From assembly GCF_006345805.1 (NCBI RefSeq), contig NC_043003.1, positions 34,844,001 through 34,908,000 on the forward strand: a stretch of 64,000 nucleotides of DNA, given 5' to 3'. Below are positions 40,800 to 53,140 of the stretch, one piece after another. The notes under the pieces are model-generated. The model saw only the letters and a program-made list of their open reading frames with translations. It had not been told where the DNA came from and searched no databases. The DNA comes from Octopus sinensis (taxonomy: Eukaryota). Positions within the stretch are counted from its first letter, which is position 1, and each line of letters begins with the position of its first letter. Position numbers and translations under genes: made by a program.

Positions 40800-41400
40800 A
40801 GCAGAACAGAGTAACAGCAGTATACGTTGGGTCTGGGGGAAATAGCTGGATCTCATTGTTTATGGTTGTCTTGGCTTTACCAAGAAAAAATACATACCAC
40901 AGGTATGATAGGGTTAAGACATATATACACTGGTAGCCATGTCAGATTTAACGAATACCACTTTAAAAGAGTTTGTGGAAGCATACACCATAAACGATTG
41001 CAATCAATTACAAAGCGACAACACTCTGAGTTATACCCATACACCCACTGATTTCAAATGTAATCAACTAGATTTTGTTGTGAGGATTTACCAGAAAGAG
41101 AAATGCATTCTAGTCGAGGTAACGATTCCTACCGATGATAATGCAATTCTCAAAGAAATGGAGAAACTATTCAAATGTGATAATGTGGAAATGGTGATAT
41201 CTCAAACGGAAAGGTGAAAGTGGAAGCAATCTCCTTAATAAAAAGCAACTTCAGGATGATGAGAAAGGAGGCAGGCAAATTTAGAATAAAAACACCAGGA
41301 CTTAAAAATATGCACAGCATACAGAAAACAGCATTTCTAATCGATGCACTTATTTTTAAGTAGAGTTCATTCAATATATTAGAAAGAACAAAATAAGCGC
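40800..41400 (+). mobile_element. R4/Dong-like non-LTR relic (zinc-knuckle plus restriction-like endonuclease region)
   Basis: HIVYGC...KKYI-HRYDRVKTYIHW; TDFKCNQLDFVV...EKCILVEVTIPTDDNAILKEMEKLFK (cf. NRPDIV...DxxIPxDxN...EK.xKY); KTPGL...IQKTAFL; followed by (AAT)n at 41444. Confidence 0.8.
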
Positions 41401-41443
41401 TGGCTGTATTGAAATGAAATCATACAAAAGATAAGATTAATGA

Positions 41444-41445
41444 AT

Positions 41446-41521
<76 letters not shown>

Positions 41522-41542
41522 CTGATGATGATGATGATGATA

Positions 41543-41585
<43 letters not shown>

Positions 41586-41603
41586 ATAATAATAATAATA
41601 ATA
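41444..41603. repeat. (AAT)n-(GAT)n-(ACT)n-(AAT)n compound tract
   Basis: Direct reading. Confidence 0.95.
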
Positions 41604-41626
41604 TTTTCTTCTGAAATTCACAGGAA

Positions 41627-41773
41627 GTAAAGTTAGTCGATATCAGAATTACGTTAAAACTTATTTCTATTCTCTCTGTAAATATGAAAGGCAAAGTTGA
41701 CCACGCCGGAATGTGAAACTGCAAGAAATACAGATATATTCCGACGGGTAACAAGTTTTCCAGTTCACTACCC
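41627..41773 (-). mobile_element. Diverged SINE family A copy
   Basis: ATGAAAGGCAAAGTTGACCACGCCGGAATGTGAA...CCAGTTCACTACC. Confidence 0.6.
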
Positions 41774-42642
41774 TTTGCTCGATAGGAAGTATAATTAAAT
41801 CAATTACAACATCAAAACCATGCAAAAGCAGAATAATAGGCCAAATATTATAAGTGCATGTGGATACTTGCTGTCATGCAATCGTGTTAGGGTAAGATGT
41901 ACGAAAATGTGATACAACAAAGAGATAGTGTGTGAACGACAGGAACACAAGTAAAATGTGATTGGAAATTGCAATATTTATTAAACCTCTCGCACAAAGA
42001 GTAAGAATGTGAAATTTAAAATGAGAGTGTAGTTGGAGTACGAGTTATTTTGTTACATTAAGCTGAATGAAAACTCGAAACAGTCTCAATATACTGATAC
42101 GTTTCAATGGAAAACAGAAATATTTCACTGGCAGTTTTACTATGGATTAGAATATCTGGAATAATGATAACAATATATGTAGATTTGCTAATATCAAGTA
42201 AATAAAATTGCAATGCATTTGTAATTTGATTTTTATAACTATCCTTAAGCTGTTCAGTAGATTAAAGCAAAATATTAGAAGCTATCTTTTTTCAACTGAG
42301 CAATTGGTTACGTGTTTAAAGACCCAACACTGTTGTTATGTACTATAACACTTAAAACTTATTGGCATACGAGGTTTGAGAGTGTAGGAAACAAATTTAT
42401 TAATATTTTCACTCATAATTTCGAACAGAAAAACGCCATTCTTAAATCTATTTTAAAAACTACGATAAATTTTGAGGACACGTACTCAAAAGTAATGTCA
42501 CCTATCAAACGCAACACACATGTGTACAGTTCTCGACAAAGAACGTACAGAATTCAGTATCAGCGAGAATCTTTACTATCTTAACAGGTGATGATGTCTA
42601 TATTTTTTGTATATATTCATTCGATGATACATAGAAAAATGG

Positions 42643-42698
<56 letters not shown>

Positions 42699-42854
42699 GT
42701 ATAATATAATTTACGTATTTATATATGTAGTTACGACGGCATACACACAAACACACACGCACGCGTGCACACGCATACACACAACGTACACACATACATT
42801 ATATATGTATGTATGTATGTATATTATTTTGTGTTGTACATATATATATATATA

Positions 42855-42886
<32 letters not shown>

Positions 42887-43213
42887 ATAATCATATACAT
42901 AATTATAACAAGAGTCTGCTGGCTATAAGTGCCTGAACACGCTGGTAAAGACACAATTTTCACCTGAAAATCTCCTAGAATAACACCCAGTGTGTTAGTC
43001 TTGGAGATTTTAAGGTCTTTTGGCATCTATTCTTCCAGCGCGTAGAGAGGCTTATAGGTAATCCCTTCTTATAGTTATGTATATAATCATAAAATATTTG
43101 TAAAATTTACCTATAAGGTATTGATTTCCGTGCTGACCCTGGTAAAATCATTAATGATTTTTACTCAATATTATAAATAATGTATATGTGTGTATATATA
43201 TATATATAAATAA

Positions 43214-43248
<35 letters not shown>

Positions 43249-43284
43249 ATAATATTATGTGTGTGTGTGTGTATGTATATTACA

Positions 43285-43349
<65 letters not shown>

Positions 43350-43561
43350 CATATTTGGTGAAATAGAAAGATGAATAATCTTGTTGCAGATTAATCAAAA
43401 GTTTAACCGATACCTGGTAGCAAAAATCACAGCAGAAGACAGCACGGTTGGAGGTACAACCATATGGTGTTGCAACCGTGCATTGGTGCGGATAATTGAA
43501 TTTTAATATTATTAGTGAATTGAAGAAATGGAGTTGAACGAAGATTGAACAGAAATCGTTT

Positions 43562-43654
43562 TATTGCATTCTACACGTGTTTCGAAAGTCACAATTTACC
43601 AAATTCCGATTGAATAAGGAGACCATATTGTGTCTTTCTCTTCAGGAAGAAATA
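43562..43654 (-). ncRNA. Type I hammerhead ribozyme motif (mirror copy)
   Basis: Reverse-complement copy of the 43807-43899 motif with the same intact core; one difference, at the unpaired stem II position. Confidence 0.8.
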
Positions 43655-43806
43655 GGAATTCCGTTGGCAAAAACAAAAACAGAACAGAGGCGTAGCAAAA
43701 CAAATCGAACGAGGCTCCTAAGAGCCCATGGCCAAACTCTTAGGAGCCTCGTTCGATTTGTTTTGCTGCGCCTCTGTTCTGTTTTTGTTTTTGCCAACGG
43801 AATTCC

Positions 43807-43899
43807 TATTTCTTCCTGAAGAGAAAGACACAATATGGTCTCCTTATTCAATCGGAATTTGGTAAATTGTGGCTTTCGAAACACGTGTAGAATGCAATA
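43807..43899 (+). ncRNA. Type I hammerhead ribozyme motif (canonical core)
   Basis: Stem I TATT-TC-TTC / GAA-TGC-AATA; CTGAAGA 43816-43822; stem II GAAAGACACAAT / ATTGTGGCTTTC (11/12 paired, G10.1-C11.1); GAAA 43878-43881; palindromic stem III ACACGTGT; GUA triplet, predicted cleavage after 43889. Confidence 0.8.
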
Positions 43900-43979
43900 A
43901 AACGATTTCTGTTCAATCTTCGTTCAACTCCATTTCTTCAATTCACTAATAATATTATATATATACATATATATATACG

Positions 43980-44018
<39 letters not shown>

Positions 44019-44837
44019 ATATATATACGTATATTATATATATATATATGATATATATATATATATATATATTTACATACATACATATACATTCATATAC
44101 AAATATATACACATACACATGCTAACACACGCACTTTTATATATATTTCCATTTAATATATCAGTATATCTATACATACTAAGGGATGCATGTATATATA
44201 GAGATTCGATGTATATAAACACGCATATATATACATTTGCGCTCGTGCGAGCGTGAATGTATGGTATGTGTGTAAATGCGTGTATGTATGTATGTATGCA
44301 TATAGTAATATATATATATATACATACATATAGATAGATATATAGATAGATTGATAGATAGATAGATAGATATACACATATATTTGTAAGCATAGATATG
44401 CTGAGTTATTAAATGAGAATGTGTAATGACTATGAGTGTTTACGTTACTGTATTTATGAGTATATAGGTGTCTGTATGCGAATATGTGTGCGTGTCAGTC
44501 TGTGTTTGTCTGCGTGCATGCGCGTGAGATATGTACTGTGTTTATGTTTCGAAGCTTAATTTCCTAATATAAAAGATGTAAAGACAAAGTTAATCAAGAA
44601 AATAATGTGACAATAAAAATTTTCTGTATGGAATTTGACACTTATCTGCTGTCGCCATCCATCATTGAATGTATAATGTTGGAAAAGAAGAAAAACGTTG
44701 TTTACCTGCAAAAGAAAACAATAACCGTCTTAGTGACAATAACAACAACAACAACTGAACAGCAACAATATTGACATCATCAACATCATAATCATCATGG
44801 ACACAAACAACATGAGTATAACTTAAAATTCCGTGTC

Positions 44838-44899
<62 letters not shown>

Positions 44900-45201
44900 A
44901 ACAAAATATTCGAGAATGTATATTAAATCGAGCAGTCAACAGAAAATGGTTCATTTTAGTGTTGAATGTTTATTGCTTCTTTTGGCAATTCAACATGGTC
45001 GTCACGAAATAAGGAAGTAAAATGGAAATAACAATGTGTATGTAGTAAAACTGTGAAGCAATGATTAATCTAACAAGTAGGGACGGATTGAATGTTCCAA
45101 ACAATATTTCTGAACTTGAGTAGAAAACAAAATGACAGCCAAACTGGAAAAATAATTATCTGAAATATAGAAATCCTATGAATGATAGCTATGTCGATAT
45201 G

Positions 45202-45253
<52 letters not shown>

Positions 45254-45852
45254 TAGAAATATTAAAATTACTAAGTCTCTCTAAAGGAGATTACGGCAGC
45301 GTTACTGGGTATTAATAGTTATCGCCATACTAATATGGCAGTCTATAAATATAAGACTAAAGCTGTCGCTGATTAGCTCCAAGAGGCCATCGCCTCTAGC
45401 TAGCTATATGACACACGAACCTGCGTCCATTACCACCTTCGAACAGGGGAGGTCAGCTGCTTCACCTTGCTAGTCAGATATCTGCAGACATGTTTCAGGG
45501 TTGTTGCCCTTTATCAATGCAGCGTGGTCAGACCCACAGGTGTCGCTACTGACCGTCTGTTCGAAGATTTTATTTACCTAGTTACAGTGGAATACATCCA
45601 CTTGTTTTCAATAATAGAAATATTAAAATTACTAAGTCTCTCTAAAGAAGATTACGGCAGCGTTACTGGATATTAATAGTTATTGCCATACTAATATGGC
45701 AGTCTATAAATATAAGACTAAAGCTGTTGCGGATTAGCTCCAAGAGGCCATCGCATCTAGCTAGCTATATGACACACGAACCTGCGTCTATTACAACATT
45801 CGAAGGTTGTAATGGGCGCAGGTTTGAGTGTCATAAGCTAGCTAGAGGCGAT
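45254..45852 (-). mobile_element. Hammerhead-bearing tandem element (361-bp unit + 190-bp partial unit + 50-bp inverted end) in (TA)n
   Basis: 45254-45443 vs 45615-45804: 9 mismatches in 190 nt (period 361). 45803-45852 is an inverted copy of 45750-45801. (TA)n on both flanks. Confidence 0.8.
45482..45522 (-). ncRNA. Minimal type I hammerhead ribozyme motif, U3:A8 core variant
   Basis: Minus strand CTGCA-TTGATAA-AGGG-CAACAA-CCCT-GAAA-CATG-TC-TGCAG. Perfect 5-bp stem I, 4-bp stem II, palindromic ACATGT stem III, GUC triplet, predicted cleavage between 45487 and 45486. Confidence 0.75.
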
Positions 45853-45853
45853 A

Positions 45854-45899
<46 letters not shown>

Positions 45900-45947
45900 A
45901 TATATATACACATATATATATATATACATACATATATATAAATATAT

Positions 45948-45986
<39 letters not shown>

Positions 45987-47467
45987 TATATAAATTTTTA
46001 GTAGAAGATAAAAAATTCGGTTGTCAATAACTTACACCCAAATAAGAATACATGTATACACTTTTCTCATGTTCCTTCATTTTCGCGTTCCTTCATTTAC
46101 ATTTTATTTATTTTTTTACTATTCTATATATATTTGAATTTTTGATATATACATGTGTTTATTGATCCTGAAAGTACATGAATGGAACAACGAATCCATC
46201 CAATCATGTCTTATAAATCACTGAAAGCATGATTTCGTTTATTTGGATGTAAATTACTGACAACCGAAATTCTTGTCTTCTACTAAAAAATTTTGTTACA
46301 CCTAAGCTCATAAACGAGCGCAAAAACATTTGAACTATACACTAAAATTACTTGTGTGTGTATGTTTTATATTCTGATGAATTTTTCATTGTAAGTACTA
46401 CAAAGTTAGAAAATCCTTAGTTTCAAATAATCATGTGTAGACTCTTTGTACGTGTTTACACTGTAGCAAGTAAGTTTTCACCCCACATAACGTAGCCTAT
46501 TAGTTCTTTCGTACTTTCTGAATACTTTGTTTTCATGCACTATGTAATAAATTCTACAAAGTGGAAATAAGACATGGTTTTCCTAGAGAAATTAGGAATG
46601 TAGTTAAAGTTACTGGTTATATATTTGAATTGAATCTAATGTATGGGATCATCTCGCTAAAGCATATATCTATAATAAGGAACCTTAATTCCGCTTACTC
46701 GGTCGATTTCAGTTTTACCTTTTCCCTCAAAATTGTTTGCACTATAGAGTTGTTTAATCCTCCAAAGCTTACATTGTTTATATGAAGTTGAAACGCGACC
46801 AAGAAAAGACAAGGCCTGTTATTTCACCAGGTATGATAATACCAAAATACAATTGGATCGTTTAATAAAACTTTAACAATCTTACATTGGGTCTTCTTAA
46901 ATGAAATCAATCAAAATGAGAAAAGTGGTCAATATAGTTAATATTATTTTCCTAGCTAGACTCGAAGTAGTCAATAGCTTCTCTAAAGTGCATTAATTAT
47001 AATTTGTTCACAGTTACGCTTAATCAGTTTCGCCTGGTCTATTGCAAACATTTTGACAATATATTATATCTTAGCTCATGCTGAAAGGGGGAAAATTAAG
47101 TTCAGCAGTTCAGTATTGCTTCAGTAGCCACTGTGTTCTAACGAATTCAGAAAGAATTTTAACTTAATTTCACATTACCATATTGTAAGAGGTTACATCA
47201 GTTTTTGGTCACGTGATCTCAAAGGTCCTTTAGTTATGTCAGGAGAGACATTCAAACATAGCTACAGGCTTCAATTACCTAAGAAGTCCACAGATTATAA
47301 GCGAGTAATACTCGCTTATATATATATAAAAGAAAGAAAAAAGCAATCATCACATTTAGTAGGTGTTGTATATATTAATATTTAACTAGGTTTGATTCGG
47401 CTCCAAGTGACTTAAAGTTTTACAGGCTTCTAACAGAAACCCAGCTCGTTCAGACTTAAACTACTGA

Positions 47468-47606
47468 ATGGACGAACGCACGAAGTTCAAAGTGGCTACT
47501 AGAAAAGAAGCTACTTTCAACGACAACAAATGCTTTAGAAAGGATTTCTTGCATCTCATGGTAGGACACGGTGCTGGTGGCGTCCTTTTTCTTAGTAGGA
47601 AGGCCG
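47468..47606 (+). other. Candidate exon ending in a strong donor (unidentified)
   Basis: Non-repetitive ATG-started frame MDERTKFKVATRKEATFNDNKCFRKDFLHLMVGHGAGGVLFLSRKA, then CCG|GTGAGT and a GT-rich tract. No homolog recognised. Confidence 0.25.
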
Positions 47607-47995
47607 GTGAGTGTGTATTTGTGAGTATACCTGATGTATGGGTACATAGACGTGGGTGTGTGATTAATTGTATGAGTATGTGTATATTTGTGTGTAAATG
47701 TATGTGTATGTGTGCGTGGGAGTAATTACGTGTGTGTTAGTGTCTGCCATATTAGCGTGCGGCCGCGAACGTGTATGTATGTTTGTGTATGCCTAAATAT
47801 GTGCATTCTTACTTCTGTGTATAATCGTATGAATGCGTTCGTGCTTATCTTAAAGACCATATATCCCTCCAGATGTGTGTTTCTGTCAGGTGTGTTCCTG
47901 TGTGCGTACATATACACATTCATACTGTTAGTATATATGCATGCAGGTGTGACAAATCTATGCGAGCGTAACTGCCGTGGTGGGGTGGTAAACAG

Positions 47996-47996
47996 G

Positions 47997-48027
<31 letters not shown>

Positions 48028-48053
48028 AATAATAATAATAATGATAATAGTGA

Positions 48054-48094
<41 letters not shown>

Positions 48095-48095
48095 A

Positions 48096-48142
<47 letters not shown>

Positions 48143-48170
48143 TAGTAGTAGTAGTAGTAGTAGTAGTAGT
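47996..48170. repeat. (CAA)n-(AAT)n-(AGT)n compound tract
   Basis: Direct reading. Confidence 0.95.
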
Positions 48171-48171
48171 A

Positions 48172-48450
48172 AATATCCTGGTACAGCACCAAGCAGTGGC
48201 TCTCCCGTCTTCTGATCTTAACTGATTGGAAGTGTTATCATGTACATTGCTTTGTCTTGGTATAAAAGATGGGCTACAGCAAATATTGTGCGCAATACCA
48301 CTTGTCAGTTGCTTCACCTTAACCAGTTGAGCATGTCCCATAGTGGCTAACGATATGTGCATCTCTAATCACGAGCAGAAGCAGTGGGGGTGCATTATAG
48401 CCATGTGTTGGGTGGAATTCTTTGGGATAAATATCCCCCAAGATTTGAAC
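48172..48450. mobile_element. Interspersed SINE-like repeat (orientation not determined)
   Basis: CCTTAACCAGTTGAGCATGTCCC...GATATGTGCATCTCTAATCACGAGCAGAAG resembles a recurrent octopus repeat (from memory); only one copy in the window. Confidence 0.45.
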
Positions 48451-48982
48451 TTGTTTAGTGCAGCTCCAGAAAACACTATTAGGGACAACTAGAACAGTTA
48501 GGAGATGACTTTGCATGTAAGGTTACTAGGTATTATTCTTTTCCTATTGTCCAATCTGTTATGCGTATATGAAAAAATAATGTTAGTTATGACATATATG
48601 TGTGTATGTGTGTGATGTATGTGTGTATGTATATCATACAGGTAAAATAAATTCACATACATACATATATACGTATATATATATATATATATACATGAGT
48701 TAATTAATGGAGTAGACAAGATCCGAGAATATAAATATATATATTAGAAACAAGTGAATAGGCTAGAGGGTGCCTATATCTTCTTGCGACTAAATAGGCA
48801 TGGAAGACAATTAGCGAAAGGATGGCACATTATACAACGCTGTCTTTGCTCATGAAAGACTGCCGACCTGTATTGTTTCTCTAAGATGCATACATTCATT
48901 CTATAATGCTTTCAATATGCCTTTAATAATGTTGTTAGCATTACCCTCGTAAAAGGCTACGTATTTCCTTTATGTGTATCTG

Positions 48983-49017
<35 letters not shown>

Positions 49018-49023
49018 TATATA

Positions 49024-49055
<32 letters not shown>

Positions 49056-49960
49056 GAAGTTTCCACTTTTGTGCACTAGCTGCCATTTAATAACTGATTT
49101 GTGTTTAGCCCCATATCATCCCTGATCTCACAAAGCGATGATCAAACACGTGAATATTCCGTTCTTGTATCTTTTTTGCTTGCCAAATGTGCCCCTGCTA
49201 GTCTTTCTTCTGATAGATTGATATAGTCAGCAAGTATATTGCTAACGGTTGCAATGCTCGGTAATTACCAACGTTTATAATGAGTACATTATATCTAATC
49301 GGTGTGCTTGTAGCTTTTGGATGTTGTGCCGAACATTTAAAGTTTCGTGAATGAGTAATGGTCATGGTATCGATATTCATAACATCACTTGGTTTTGATC
49401 TTCGTGTTGCTAATAAATATGATGACATTAACGCCGTTGCTAATGAAGTTGATGATCTCAGCATGATAGCTAATCGATATAGAAGGAAGACTTTTTACAC
49501 TTACTCTTTGTGTCACCGCCAATTCTTGCATATTTTTGTGTGTTTGTGGATGTCGCTCATAGCATATTTTTTCTTCATTGTAATGAGATTGGTGACATAA
49601 CCAGTGTTATAATCGACATTTTTTTGATAACACCACAGTCACAAATGAAGATAGTGATATCTCTGTTTCACAAATTGATTAACATGGCCATAACACTGTT
49701 ACTAATACAGCTTGTGTGACCGATATTACACATGCTGCTCACAGAATAGATCATCAAGCATGCAAGAGATGTTTATAGATTCACTTATTTTGATGAAATT
49801 GATAAGCAATACCGTAGCCGCTCTAAATTTCGAAAAGGTTTTACAGCTACTTTCTACTTCAGATAGAAATAGGAAATTGCATTTTGTACTCTTTGAAGTA
49901 AAATTTCATGTATTCATTAGAGAATGAATCTGTTGTAGAAACGAGAAACGCAGAATATAC

Positions 49961-50245
<285 letters not shown>

Positions 50246-50897
50246 CATATATATCTGTTTGTGTGTATGTACGTATGTAGTACGAAAGTAACGGTCATAC
50301 TCATTATGTTTTTGATTTCCACCATCATGTTCATATATATGTATATGCGCGTATGCGCATATATAAGTACACGCACACATATTTATATATGCGCGCGCGT
50401 AGGTGTGTGTGTGTGTGTATGATTAATGATTTACATCCGTATACAAACGCATGCGCGGACATTTTGTATGGGAAATTATCTACAAATGATTTCATCCCTA
50501 CGCATTCAAATGCGTACACGTTTACAGACACACTCACATATATTCATTCCTAAATACATACATATCCATATCAATTTACGCGAGTGCGTACATGTGTGTT
50601 TGTGTGTGCGTATGCATAAATATCACCAGTAGTTACGCCCGCGCTTGGTGCACCCACGTACTCAAATAAAAAAATACAGACATAATCAATATACTTCGCT
50701 TGGCCAAATTTGATTATTTTTTATTTTTCGTATTTTATCGGTTTTCACTCTGTGTATGTTACTTTATTTTTTTTTTCTTTCAGTATGCTTTTATGGAAAT
50801 GTTTTTGTTCTCCATACATACATATATGCAGGCATGCATAAATACATACAAACATACATACATGCATGTATACATACATACATACATACATGCATAC

Positions 50898-50928
<31 letters not shown>

Positions 50929-52099
50929 CATACATACATACATACATACATACATACATACATACATACACAGACGCAGACACACACACATATATTATGT
51001 TATATTATACTATACTATGTTATATATTTTTGCTTATTCCTTTTATATTTTGTGCACACCACCCGCTATCATCATCATCTGCTCTCAGAGTTAATGATCT
51101 GATATTGTCGTATTAATTTTAGTATTTTTTTCTTTTTCACTTAACAGCAGGGTGATGGATTAAATGAAGAACTATATAGATTTAACTTTTTACCGAAAGC
51201 TCTAAATATCACCATGTAACCATGGAAGATATTTCTCATGGTTGCTAAAGCTTCTTTCTTTTTAATTGTTATTATTGTAACTAATACCGGGCACATGACT
51301 CCACTCCCGTGGTATTTTTGATGTTGTTGCTGCTTGTTAATTTTTTTTTATTCGTTATAGTTGTCAAAAATAAAAATAGTTGGATGGAGAGGCGCTGATC
51401 ATATGCTATGCAAATTTATGACTAGAAAAAAAAAACGGCATTCGCCTGGTTAGTTGATTGGTTGACAGATATGAGGCATGGAATGGTTGACAGGAATTTA
51501 CCTCAGATGTTTAGCCTACACGTAAATTGATCAAAACAGATCTATGTTCGTGTTGTATGTATTTAGTAACATCTTTATAATACGCACACACATAGGTGAC
51601 ACACACACAGAGGTGAAACACGCACATACACACACACACACGTGATACACAATGTGAGAAGGCTGATTCTTTGAATTATAGGTACCACTCGATTTTGCCT
51701 GGTGAATGGCATGGAGTAACGTTAAAATTGTGTTGCTCAATGACACAAAGTGATCCAAATACTCTACCTCCTACGCCGCGCGCCTACCCCGGCCCGCGCA
51801 CACATGTATACTGAGTAGGTGAAAGCTAAATCAGCTTAGTATAGATTAAACAGAGTAGTGTTCAAAGGATGGAAACTTAAAACTCCAATTTCATCTAGCG
51901 CCAGGGCCGCTGCGTCAGAAATAAACTATAAGAAATAATACCATTGATCTGTTATGGGGGTAGTAACAAAGATACATACCAATAACTTTGAAATAGAGTA
52001 CAAAATACAGATTACAGAATAAAGAAAAGAATAGAACAGAAGAATTTGTACAGTCTTATCTCTATGTGTCATGCTGTAAGTTCTGATGAAATGTAGTAC

Positions 52100-52204
<105 letters not shown>

Positions 52205-53092
52205 AATCTATCGATCTATCTAGCTATCTGTCTGTCTGACTGTTTGTCCATCCGTCTGTCTGTCTATCTATATCTATCTATCTATGTATGTATCGATCGA
52301 TCTATCTTTCTACTTACCTACCTACCTACCTACATACATACATACACACCTTACCTTCCTACTTATCTACATATCTATCTATCATCTGTCAGTCTGTCTG
52401 TATCGCTGCCTATGTATCTACCTGTCAATCTACATATCTATTTATATGGCTATCCAAATATATATGTATCTGTGTATATGATAATAGTATTTCAAGGACC
52501 TTGTAAATGTATGAAGACCTCAATTTGCAGAGTACATTTAGTCATTTGTATCAACCTCAGTATTTGACTGGTGTTTTATTTTATCCTCTCCATTAATTAG
52601 TTGCGTGTCACACTTCACAAATGACGAAAAGCGGGTATAAATTTATGAACAGTACCAGTTATGGAGCTGAAATCATTCAGCCGGATTCCGAAAGATCCAT
52701 TTATTCACAAGAATAAGATTGGAAATACGCACGCACAACATTACATGAAGACCGGTTCTCTGACAATTCGATAGTCCACCGGCCGTCCTGGACTACTTTT
52801 ATACTTACTGACCACGATGAGCAGCAAATCTGATCTCAGAAATATTTGAACTTAAAGAGCATAAAACAGCAAATGCTAATAAACTGTTTTAAATATCTAT
52901 ATATCTGTTCGTTTGATTGTGAGAACTTATTCCTGCATATACAGAGAGAAGGAATCAATACTTCCAGTTTACCGTTATATAGTCTTTATTTTCTGACACA
53001 TTTACAGAAATATTTCTCTTTCCGTTTCAAGTGAAACATCACAAACACCATGAAAAGCAGGAGACGAAACAATAGATGCGTGCTTGTGTGTT

Positions 53093-53140
<48 letters not shown>

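Larger units (their letters stand above)
43354..43957 (-). mobile_element. Fold-back element with twin hammerheads, embedded in (TA)n (PLE pLTR-like)
   Basis: Unique sequence bounded by (TA)n on both sides. It consists of a 150-bp unique end plus a 221-bp inverted duplication, and each arm holds a hammerhead motif followed by AATAAA. Confidence 0.7.
43504..43957. repeat. Near-perfect long inverted repeat (221-bp arms, 12-nt spacer, 2 mismatches)
   Basis: Arms 43504-43724 and 43737-43957, spacer CCCATGGCCAAA; mismatches only at 43589/43872 and 43693/43768. Confidence 0.97.

Noticed and set aside
43577-43884. Twin 80-aa ORFs on opposite strands (MFRKSQFTKF... / MFRKPQFTKF...)
   Set aside because: They start at GTG and are a by-product of the palindrome; no recognisable domain.
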